A DNA stretch of 64,000 nucleotides from Thermoanaerobaculia bacterium (GTDB lineage: Bacteria > Acidobacteriota > Thermoanaerobaculia > Multivoradales > Multivoraceae): assembly GCA_963664405.1 (NCBI GenBank), contig OY761158.1:5056001-5120000 (forward strand), given 5' to 3'. The notes under the pieces are model-generated. The model was given only the letters and a program-made list of their open reading frames with translations. It was not told the DNA's origin and searched no databases. Both the position numbers and the translations under genes were made by a program. Every line of letters starts with the position of its first letter. Positions within the stretch are counted from its first letter, which is position 1. Shown piece after piece: positions 46,790-54,595 of this stretch.

Positions 46790-47710
46790 TCATCTGGAGT
46801 CGGCGGCCGCGGCGGTCTTCGCGGCCATGGCCGCGGCGGCCTCTTGCTCGCTGACGCGAGCGCCATTGAGGATATTCGCCATGTTGTAGTTGCCCTCGTG
46901 GCAGGCGAACTCGAAGAGCGGCTGGTTCCGCTTGGTCATCGGAATCTTCAAGGTCCACGGCTTCGTCCAGATCGCGGGGTCGTCGATCGTCACTTCATAG
47001 AGCATCCACTCCGGACCGACCCGAGTCAGGCGCTCGGTCACCACCAGATCTTCCGAATTGAGAGAGTGAAACCAAGACTGCGGAGTTCCCCTTTGGTAGG
47101 TGCCGCGGGAGCCCTTGGCCAGATAATTGGTGGTTTCGACGACCAGCGAGTCGCCCTCCCAGCGGCCCCGCGAGTCGCCGAGCCACAGCTTGATGTCGGG
47201 ATCGGGGTGAGGAGACCCATCGAGTGGGATGACCCGCGCCTCGTGTATCCACTCCATGAGGAAGACGACATGGTCCTTGTTCTGGACCAGCTTGTAGTAC
47301 TGCGTAAAGTTCGCCCACATCGGCGCTCCCAGGGTCACGCAGCGCTCTCCCAGGGATCGATCCTTCCAGGTGTCTGCCGGATGCTCCTCGAGATACTGCT
47401 GGAGCTCATCCCAGTTCTTCTGCGCCTCGGGGGTGAGAGGCGGGATGCCCTCCGGAGGATCGATGACCATCTGACTCAGCGTGGGCCCGGTACGACCGTT
47501 GTCGGCCCATACCCCCCGAAGATCGGGATGGCCGTCAACGGTGCGCGGTACGCTCCAGCCGGCCGGCGGCGGGGGCGGGTAAACAGGTTCGCGCCCACGT
47601 CTCTGAGCTACGCCAAGGCCCGGCAGAAGTAGAGCGCCGGCGACCGCAGCCGCCAGACAAAGCACAAGGCCCTTACACACTTTGCTCGATCGCTGTTTCC
47701 GCCGAATCAT
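46790..47710 (-). CDS. Uncharacterised secreted 'FACHEGN' family protein, paralog 4 (tandem duplicate of paralog 3)
   Basis: Highly similar to 45813-46745; RBS before ATG 47710. Confidence 0.82.
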   Translation of the reverse strand: MIRRKQRSSKVCKGLVLCLAAAVAGALLLPGLGVAQRRGREPVYPPPPPAGWSVPRTVDGHPDLRGVWADNGRTGPTLSQMVIDPPEGIPPLTPEAQKNWDELQQYLEEHPADTWKDRSLGERCVTLGAPMWANFTQYYKLVQNKDHVVFLMEWIHEARVIPLDGSPHPDPDIKLWLGDSRGRWEGDSLVVETTNYLAKGSRGTYQRGTPQSWFHSLNSEDLVVTERLTRVGPEWMLYEVTIDDPAIWTKPWTLKIPMTKRNQPLFEFACHEGNYNMANILNGARVSEQEAAAAMAAKTAAAADSR

Positions 47711-47855
47711 CAAATGCTCACCCCTCTCAGACGCAACCACACTCTGCGATGCCCTGCAGACGTCGTGGATCAGCCTCATTGTGGCGAAAGGTCCGGCGGC
47801 TGTCCTGCAGCGCGGATGACGCGGCGCTGGGATTTTCTTGCGCATTCTTTGGCGG

Positions 47856-49265
47856 TCAGCGCCCGAGAAACTCCACGCCGATGATCTCGAGCTCGGCCTC
47901 TCTTTCGTCGGTCATGCCGAACCAAGTGAATAGCTCCTTGCCCCAGCGCGACCCCTCGGAGCCGCGGAAATCGGCAAGCTGCACCACAATGTCGAACTCA
48001 TCTTCGACCCGGATCTGGCGACTCAGGTCTCGACCGCTGGCTCTTCCGCCAAGCTCGCCCAATCCCAGGCCGATCACCAGATCGGCAGGCTGCTTGACCC
48101 GCCCGCGGACACGGAAGCTGCCACCCTCGGCCAGCACGACGGGAGCCTGCTCGAGTGAGACATCCAGCACCGCCATGTAGCGAACATCCCACTCAGAATC
48201 AGGTCGAACACGCCGCGGGGCAGCGCGCAGCCCCCCCTCGTCCTCGAGCCGTGAAGCGTAGGCCTCGAACTCACGCCCGGCTTGATCACGGGTCATCCGG
48301 CCGGTCTCGACAGAGCGCGCGAGCCGGCGACGATATGCGGTCAGATAGTCGATCCACTCTCCGTGGGTCGCCTCTTCCTCGACATCCGCCCGCCAGAAGT
48401 GCGTCGCCTCATCGCGCTCCACAACACGGAGATCGTCTTCGACGTCAAGCGAGGCAACGGTCCGATGCGCGGCTGGCACGTCGACCGTGCGCCCGTCACT
48501 CAGGCGCTCGACGCGCACGCGGCCGTCGCTCACCGCCAGCGTCGTCCGTGAAGCGTCGGCCGACACCCGACACCGCGTGGACCCCAACCGCAGCTCCGCC
48601 GTCGGTGTCACCATGACCAGCGGCCGCCCCGCTGGCTGGGGCGTGACGTCGGCCGACAGACTGCCTCGGCGAAGATGCACGATCTTCTGTCGGTCTGCCG
48701 AAATCGTGATCGTCGACTGGCCGCTAATCGTCACGGCGGTTTTGTCGGGGAAGCGAACCGTCGCCCACGCATCCGGCGCCAGCGACTCCAGCGTGCCACC
48801 CGACAACCGCCGACCGCCGGTCGGCGCCGTATCGACCTGGCCGCCGTCGCCTGTCCACTGAATCGGTCCCGAGACCTCGGTCAGCTCGGCAACCGTCGCC
48901 TCCGCCGTGGTCTGCCAGAGCAGGCCTCCAGTACCGACGAAGCCGAGCAGCGCCGCCGCCGCGACACCCCAGGGCAACAGTCGCCGAGGCCGACGCAGAG
49001 AGCCGCCGCGTCGGATTCCCGCCCGCACCTCCGACACGAAAGGATCCTCGAGGATTCGGCCCTGCAGCGCGGAGACGAAAAGCGCGCTATCGCGAAGCTC
49101 ATCCTCGGCGAGCGCAATCATCTCCGAGGTCTCCAGCTGCTCCTGGATCTCCCGGAGACGCGCGGGATCCCCTTTCGACAGCCGGACCAGCTCGGTTATC
49201 TCGTCGGGCGAGATCTCGCCGTCGAGCAAAGATCCCATCAGATCTTGGAAGCGCTCGTCGCTCAT
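47856..49265 (-). CDS. FecR-like transmembrane anti-sigma factor
   Basis: N-terminal LLDGEIS..E..EL anti-sigma helix; TM LLPWGVAAAALLGFVG; FecR-like L.RGSLSADVTPQPAGRPLVMVTPTAELR.GST; directly downstream of the ECF sigma gene. Confidence 0.82.
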   Translation of the reverse strand: MSDERFQDLMGSLLDGEISPDEITELVRLSKGDPARLREIQEQLETSEMIALAEDELRDSALFVSALQGRILEDPFVSEVRAGIRRGGSLRRPRRLLPWGVAAAALLGFVGTGGLLWQTTAEATVAELTEVSGPIQWTGDGGQVDTAPTGGRRLSGGTLESLAPDAWATVRFPDKTAVTISGQSTITISADRQKIVHLRRGSLSADVTPQPAGRPLVMVTPTAELRLGSTRCRVSADASRTTLAVSDGRVRVERLSDGRTVDVPAAHRTVASLDVEDDLRVVERDEATHFWRADVEEEATHGEWIDYLTAYRRRLARSVETGRMTRDQAGREFEAYASRLEDEGGLRAAPRRVRPDSEWDVRYMAVLDVSLEQAPVVLAEGGSFRVRGRVKQPADLVIGLGLGELGGRASGRDLSRQIRVEDEFDIVVQLADFRGSEGSRWGKELFTWFGMTDEREAELEIIGVEFLGR

Positions 49266-49266
49266 C

Positions 49267-49797
49267 TCAGGTCTCAGTCGCCAACCTTTCCTCGACGCAG
49301 ATGCGAAGCTGACGGCGAACCCTCACTAGCATCTGGCGTACGGCGGCGGCCGACTTCCCCAACAGGCTCCCCAGCTCGGGCGCCGAGAGGCCGTCACGAT
49401 AGCGGCCCCGAACCACCTTCCGACTTGCCGGTGCTAGCTCACCCAGGCAGGCTCGAATGGCGTCGACGGCGAGCGGCTCGACGCGCTCCTCGGTGGCCTC
49501 TCTGTGCCGCCACAGCAACAGGTCGGTCAGTTCGGTATGCAGAATCCGTTGCCGTCGCGCATGTTTACGGATCTCGTTGCGCACGATGTTGGCGGCGATC
49601 CCTCGCACCCATTTTCCGAAGTCTCGCGATGGATCGAACGAGCTCCACTCGCGGTAGGCGGTCATGAAGGCTTCCTGAGCGATGTCGTCGACCCAGTCGG
49701 TGTCGACACCCAGCGAGCGAACGAAGGCCCGCACCCGCACGTGGTGCTCGCTCACCAGGAGCTCGAAACGATGATACTGCTCCGCCGACTCACCCAT
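49267..49797 (-). CDS. ECF sigma-70 factor (Planctomycete/Verrucomicrobia-like type)
   Basis: VDDIAQEAF..AY...FDPSRDFGKWVRGIA.N region 2; IRACLGEL....RKVVRGRYRDGLS..EL...LGKS..AVRQML.RVRRQLR.CVE region 4. Confidence 0.93.
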   Translation of the reverse strand: MGESAEQYHRFELLVSEHHVRVRAFVRSLGVDTDWVDDIAQEAFMTAYREWSSFDPSRDFGKWVRGIAANIVRNEIRKHARRQRILHTELTDLLLWRHREATEERVEPLAVDAIRACLGELAPASRKVVRGRYRDGLSAPELGSLLGKSAAAVRQMLVRVRRQLRICVEERLATET

Positions 49798-49800
49798 CTC

Positions 49801-49834
49801 TTAGGTATTGTCCCCTGGGACCCGAAGTGTGACA
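49801..49834 (-). promoter_or_regulatory. ECF-type promoter motif, copy 6 (putative autoregulatory, probably leaderless transcript)
   Basis: Minus strand T-GTCACACTT-CGGGTCCCAGGG-GACAAT-ACCTAAGAG-ATG; the sigma start codon is 9 nt after GACAAT. Confidence 0.82.
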
Positions 49835-49906
49835 AGGAGCCCAGATCGAAGCAGCGGGCATCGCCGCCTGAGAACTACTCGCCGGTCCGAATTCTCGGAC
49901 ACCCCG

Positions 49907-51247
49907 CTAGCGCCCACCGAGGGCGAAGAGATGCTCGTCGGAGCGAACAAGGATCCGGCCGCGAGAGATCGCCGGTGATGCGAGGATGCGCCCTCCGAGC
50001 TCGCTCCGTTCTACCAGCCGGAAACTACGCCCGGCCTCGATGACGAAGAGCTCTCCGTCCTCGTTGACGAGATAGACCATGCCATCGGCAGCTACTGGAG
50101 AGGCCGAAAAGAAACCGCCCACTCTCTCCTTCCACACCGTACTGCCATCCGCTATGTCGACCGCGCTGATCACACCGTTCTCGTCGGCCATATAGATCAG
50201 GCCCTGGTACTGCAGCAGCGATGAGATGCCGGGCGCTCCGGTAGGGATCCTCCACAGGACCTCGGGCTTTCGTGGCACCTCACGCTTTCGTAGCGCCTCA
50301 CCCTCTGGTAGCCGCAGCGCCGTAAAGGGACCGTTGTAACCGCGGCTGGCGTAGAGCACACCATTGGCCCACACTGGAGCGCCGATGGTGAGGCGCCCAC
50401 GCTCCCCGGCCGTAGAGAGGAGCTCCCCGCTGTTCGCGTCGTAGAACGCGATGTGCGCTTCTGAGCTGACCGCCAGCGCAGCGCCCGTCGCCGGCGGCAC
50501 CACGAAGGGAGTCGAATACCCCTGCACCCCCTCCCCACGCTCGGCTCGCCACTGGGGCTCGCCCGTCGTCTTATCAAGTGCGAGGAGATAGGCCTCCCGC
50601 TGGTGATCGCAGAGAAAGATCACTCTTTCGCGGTGGAGGACGGGCGAGCTTCCGTGGGCATAGAGGATCTCGAAAGGGCCGTAGTCCTCGGCCAGGTTGC
50701 GGCGCCAGATCTCTTTCCCCTCCAGATCCAGACACACGACCTGACCGGTTCCGAACCACACGATCAGTCTCTCGCCGTCGGTGACCGGGCTCGGCGTGGC
50801 CAGGTTGTGCTTCGCGTGCGCGGGCTCGAGCGCTCCTTCGGAGGGGCGCTCGAAGCGCCACAGCTCGCGACCGTCCTCGAGGTGAAAGGCCTGGACGACG
50901 AAGAGAATCCCTTCGTCACCCTCCTCCACGCGTCCGGACTGTCCGCCGCGACGAATGTCGCCGGCGCCTCGAGCCGCCCGCGAAACGACCGGCGACTTAC
51001 CGACCTGAGAAGTGACGAAGACGGCATCCTCCCAAACGATCGGCGTCGAGGTCGCGATCCCGGGCAGCTCGATCTTCCACGAGCCCTCCGCCTCCGGGTG
51101 CCAGCCGAGTGGCAGATTCTCTTCCGACGACACCCCGAGGGCGTTCGGCCCTCTCCACTGCGGCCAGTTCGACCAGGCCGGGGAAGCTAAAGAGAAGACC
51201 GCTATACAGCCGGCAATGAGGTCTCCTCGCAGTGAAGCGACCTTCAT
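49907..51247 (-). CDS. PQQ-binding-like beta-propeller (BamB-like) protein
   Basis: NWPQWRGP; STPIVW; ATPSPVTDGE; SSPV; FSASPVAADG; ILASPAIS.G.ILVRS..HLFALG. Confidence 0.88.
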   Translation of the reverse strand: MKVASLRGDLIAGCIAVFSLASPAWSNWPQWRGPNALGVSSEENLPLGWHPEAEGSWKIELPGIATSTPIVWEDAVFVTSQVGKSPVVSRAARGAGDIRRGGQSGRVEEGDEGILFVVQAFHLEDGRELWRFERPSEGALEPAHAKHNLATPSPVTDGERLIVWFGTGQVVCLDLEGKEIWRRNLAEDYGPFEILYAHGSSPVLHRERVIFLCDHQREAYLLALDKTTGEPQWRAERGEGVQGYSTPFVVPPATGAALAVSSEAHIAFYDANSGELLSTAGERGRLTIGAPVWANGVLYASRGYNGPFTALRLPEGEALRKREVPRKPEVLWRIPTGAPGISSLLQYQGLIYMADENGVISAVDIADGSTVWKERVGGFFSASPVAADGMVYLVNEDGELFVIEAGRSFRLVERSELGGRILASPAISRGRILVRSDEHLFALGGR

Positions 51248-51284
51248 TTTCGTGGGCTTATTGGGTCAATTAGGTCTAGCATAT

Positions 51285-51575
51285 ATGAGCATGAAGACCA
51301 TATCGGTTTCCGACCTGAAGGCGCACCTCTCCGAGCAGCTCCGTTCGGTCAAAGGAGGCTCGCGCCTGTTGATCACCGATCGCGGCAAGCCGGTGGCCGA
51401 GCTCGGCCCACCGATATCAGCCGCGGACGAGACTCTTTCCGCCCTTCAGGGGCAAGGCATCTTACGGCTCGGAGCGCGCACCCCGTCACCCGACTTTTGG
51501 CAGCGAGACAGGCCACGAGACGCTCAGGGCTCCGTGCGCCAAGCGCTCCTGGAAGAGCGCGATGGGGGGCGATGA
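51285..51575 (+). CDS. Phd/YefM-family antitoxin
   Basis: MKTISVSDLKAHLSEQLRSVKGG..LLITDRGKPVAEL; ATGA overlap with the toxin gene. Confidence 0.9.
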   Translation: MSMKTISVSDLKAHLSEQLRSVKGGSRLLITDRGKPVAELGPPISAADETLSALQGQGILRLGARTPSPDFWQRDRPRDAQGSVRQALLEERDGGR

Positions 51576-51995
51576 TTTTCTGGGACCCGTCTGTGATCGT
51601 GCCTTTGCTGGTCGACGAACCGGAGTCGTCAACTGTCGGTAGCATCGCGCGCGATGATCCAGTGCTCGTGGTCTGGTGGGGAACCCGAATCGAGTGCGCC
51701 TCGGCACTCTCCCGCCTCGAGCGAGAAGGCGGGCTTGCTGTAGAGGAGACCGAAATCGCCCGCGATCTCTTGAGCGAGGCTCTCCGAGTGCTGGGCGGAG
51801 GTGCTCCCGACGGACCCTCTCCGGCGCCAGGCCGAGAGGCTTCTACTCCGTCATCCCCTCCGCGCAGCTGACGCGCTCCAGCTGGCGGCGGCCACCGCCT
51901 GGGCCGAGTCAGAACCTGACCGACATCCCCTGTGCACACTCGACGATCGGCTGGCCGAGGCCGCGAGAGGCGAAGGCTTCAAGATATTGCCTTGA
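51572..51995 (+). CDS. vapC: PIN-domain toxin (VapC family), frameshifted near 51770-51785
   Basis: MIFWDPSVIVPLLVDE...VVWWGTRIECASAL, then in another frame AERLLLRHPLRAADALQLAAA...CTLDDRLAEAARGEGF. Confidence 0.85.
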
Positions 51996-52039
51996 ACCGC
52001 AAGCCGCTCACTCACGGGATCTCGGGCGGTATCAGTCCG

Positions 52040-53608
52040 TCAACTCCTGCGTTGCCTCGGCCGCTCTGCCTCGAGTTTTTCTGTATCCATCTCACTCAAG
52101 AGCGGTGCCAACTGCTCGATCAGAAGTTCTTCACGCACCTGCGCCAGTCCAGGATCGTTGGCTAGATTCCGCAATTCGCGCGGATCACGAGCGAGATCGT
52201 ACAACTCAACGACGTCTCGCGACGCGGCGTCGATAGCCATCTTGTACCGATCACCGCGGACCATCGAGTAGCCCGCCAATTCGCTGAAGACAGCCGCCCT
52301 ACCCTCCTGAGCGTCTAAGGCCCTCGGACCCGCGGTGACCCTGGGCACAAGCGAGCGGCCGGGGCTATCCGCGAGGGGCTCAGCTCCGGCGATATCGATC
52401 AGAGTGGCGGCAATGTCGAGGTGATCGATCTGTGCCTTCGTGTGCCAGCCTTGCACCCTCCTCGGCGGCCTGACAAGGCAGGGAACATTGAGCGCACCTT
52501 CATAGAATACCGACTTACCCTCCAGACGGTGATCGCCAAGCAGCTCCCCATGATCGGAGGTGTAGATGATCCAGGTGTCATCCATCAGCCCTTTCGCCTC
52601 GAGGGCCGCAATGACCTGGCCGATGCCATCATCGATAAGGGTGACCTTGCCATAGTAGTTGGCTCGCAAGACCTGAGCCCGCGCCTTGCCCATGCTCGTC
52701 AGCCCTCTGCCCAGTCTCGTCTGAGCCTCAACCAGTGGTGGCGTCGGTCCAACCGGCGCATCCATGATCGGCAGGGGCATGTCATCGGCGTCGTATTTGG
52801 CGCGGTACTCCGACGGTGAATCGAACGGCGGATGCGGGCCGACCGGGCACACCTGCAGATAGAAAGGCTTATCGCTCGAATAGTTTCTTATCCATTGAGC
52901 CGACTCACGCAAGATAAACATATCCAGATGATCTTCCGGCGGCATGAGGCTCGGAGGTGTTTCCCAACTACGCCCACGCCCCCCCAGCTGTTTGTCGCCG
53001 ACGCGTACGCCCCGGCCACCGGACTTGTAACCCGCATTGTGGTGGGCCAGGTTGAGCTCCAGTAAGCCTTTTTCTGCCAGATAGTCCGTGTAGGGCGACA
53101 TCGTCGTGTTGCCGCCGCCGGTCTCTATGGCTTCCATATAACCCCAGTCCTCGAGATCTGGAGTACCTAGACGGGTGTGGCCTCTCGCCCGGTGGAGGTG
53201 GGTCTTCCCGATGACGGCAGTGTGGTACCCCGCGTCGCGGACGTTGCGAATGTGGCTCGGGCCTTCGCGGTCAGCGAGAACTCCGTTGCGCCAGGCGCCG
53301 TGCACATTGACATACTGTCCGCTCGCCAGCGAGGACCGGGCAGGCATACATAACGGCGAGTTGCAGATGCACCGCTCGGCCACCATCGCCTCGCTCGCCA
53401 GTTTGTCCAGGTGCGGCGTGATGACCACGTCGTCGCCCATGAAACCGAGCGCATCCGCACGCTGTTGGTCGGGCATGATCAGAATGATATTGGGCTTGCT
53501 CGCTGCCCTTGGCGCCTCACTTGCCACGACGCTCTGTGGGAGCGCTGCTGCGGTACCGAGCCCCGCGGTCGCTTTCAGGAATTCCCGACGGTTTGGATTC
53601 CGGCCCAT
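52040..53608 (-). CDS. Tat-exported sulfatase (choline-sulfatase-like subfamily)
   Basis: NRREFLK Tat motif; KPNIILIMPDQQRAD; CMPAR; GKTH; PHPPF; YTSDHG. Confidence 0.92.
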   Translation of the reverse strand: MGRNPNRREFLKATAGLGTAAALPQSVVASEAPRAASKPNIILIMPDQQRADALGFMGDDVVITPHLDKLASEAMVAERCICNSPLCMPARSSLASGQYVNVHGAWRNGVLADREGPSHIRNVRDAGYHTAVIGKTHLHRARGHTRLGTPDLEDWGYMEAIETGGGNTTMSPYTDYLAEKGLLELNLAHHNAGYKSGGRGVRVGDKQLGGRGRSWETPPSLMPPEDHLDMFILRESAQWIRNYSSDKPFYLQVCPVGPHPPFDSPSEYRAKYDADDMPLPIMDAPVGPTPPLVEAQTRLGRGLTSMGKARAQVLRANYYGKVTLIDDGIGQVIAALEAKGLMDDTWIIYTSDHGELLGDHRLEGKSVFYEGALNVPCLVRPPRRVQGWHTKAQIDHLDIAATLIDIAGAEPLADSPGRSLVPRVTAGPRALDAQEGRAAVFSELAGYSMVRGDRYKMAIDAASRDVVELYDLARDPRELRNLANDPGLAQVREELLIEQLAPLLSEMDTEKLEAERPRQRRS

Positions 53609-53662
53609 GGAAATGCTCCGTAATCAGAAGGGAGTCGGAGTAAGGCGATTCGCCACCCGTCA

Positions 53663-53695
53663 TTGGGTATTGTCACCAGGGACAGAAAGTGTGAC
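53663..53695 (-). promoter_or_regulatory. ECF-type promoter motif, copy 7
   Basis: Minus strand GTCACACTT-TCTGTCCCTGGT-GACAAT-ACCCAA. Confidence 0.8.
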
Positions 53696-53722
53696 CGACG
53701 CTAGGCGTGCTCGCCCCTCCAC

Positions 53723-54118
53723 TCAGAGAAGAGTGAAACCTTCGTCGTCGCGCAGGTCTCGATCGAAGGTGTAGACGGTGCGTGCTCCAGCTTCGCTGGC
53801 TCGAAGTCCAACGAGGTAGTCTGACAAATCCCCTTTGCCCGTCTGGTAGAGGCGCAGTGCGTTGGTTAGCCGCGCCCGGTCCTCGAAGGCGAAACGAGAA
53901 TCGGCTAGCAGGGCCTGTATCGCTTGAAGAATGCTCTGACGAGGAACCTTGTAGGCACTCTCGAGGACCCACTCGATCTCGACGACCACGAGGTCGCTGA
54001 TGAACGCGAGCTCTTCCTCCTCGGCGGCCTGGTTCAGCAGTGCTCGTAGGCGCCCTAGCTGAGCTTTGTCATCTTCGACGAGAACGCGCACCAAGACGTT
54101 GGTGTCGAGCGCAATCAT
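53723..54118 (-). CDS. vapC: PIN-domain toxin (VapC family)
   Basis: MIALDTNVLVRVLVEDD...E..WVL...DLSDYL...VYTFDR. Confidence 0.93.
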   Translation of the reverse strand: MIALDTNVLVRVLVEDDKAQLGRLRALLNQAAEEEELAFISDLVVVEIEWVLESAYKVPRQSILQAIQALLADSRFAFEDRARLTNALRLYQTGKGDLSDYLVGLRASEAGARTVYTFDRDLRDDEGFTLL

Positions 54119-54124
54119 CGCGGC

Positions 54125-54373
54125 TCATCGAGCCTTCTTCTCAGCTCGCTCGCGGACAGCCTGCTTCATCTCCTCGACCGTTACCGGTGAGGAGGGGGCA
54201 AACTCCCGAAGAAAGCCGGATGCATCACCTCCAGGACGGCGGTGGCGGACCAGAATACGGCCCGACTCGTCTACTACAAACTCCAAGATATCTCCCTCTA
54301 GCAATCCGAACCGCTCTCGAATCGCCTTGGGGACGGTTATTTGTCCCTTGGATGTGAGGGTTGATGTGGGCAA
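54125..54373 (-). CDS. AbrB/MazE/SpoVT-family antitoxin
   Basis: (M)PTSTLTSKGQITVPKAIRERFGLLEGDILEF; TTG start inferred. Confidence 0.88.
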   Translation of the reverse strand: MPTSTLTSKGQITVPKAIRERFGLLEGDILEFVVDESGRILVRHRRPGGDASGFLREFAPSSPVTVEEMKQAVRERAEKKAR

Positions 54374-54543
54374 AAAATTCCTTACCCGATAGACACTATC
54401 ACCGAGATAGTAAGGAGGGGGGGGCCGCCAACTCACCGTGACGGGAGCTGTGCCTTGGTGAATGAGTAGATGCGAGTCAGTGCTCTAGCCCGGGTTGATC
54501 CAGGACGATGGGTCGCCCTCAAGTTCTCCTTCATCGCACCAAG

Positions 54544-54571
54544 AAAAAGGGGAGGGCCTAGGCCCTCCCCT
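54544..54571 (-). terminator. Rho-independent terminator downstream of the TonB receptor gene
   Basis: Minus strand AGGGGAGGGCCTAGGCCCTCCCC-TTTTTCTT: GC stem plus U tract, ~25 nt after the stop codon. Confidence 0.85.
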
Positions 54572-54595
54572 GAACTGCCGCTCCGTTGTGCTACC

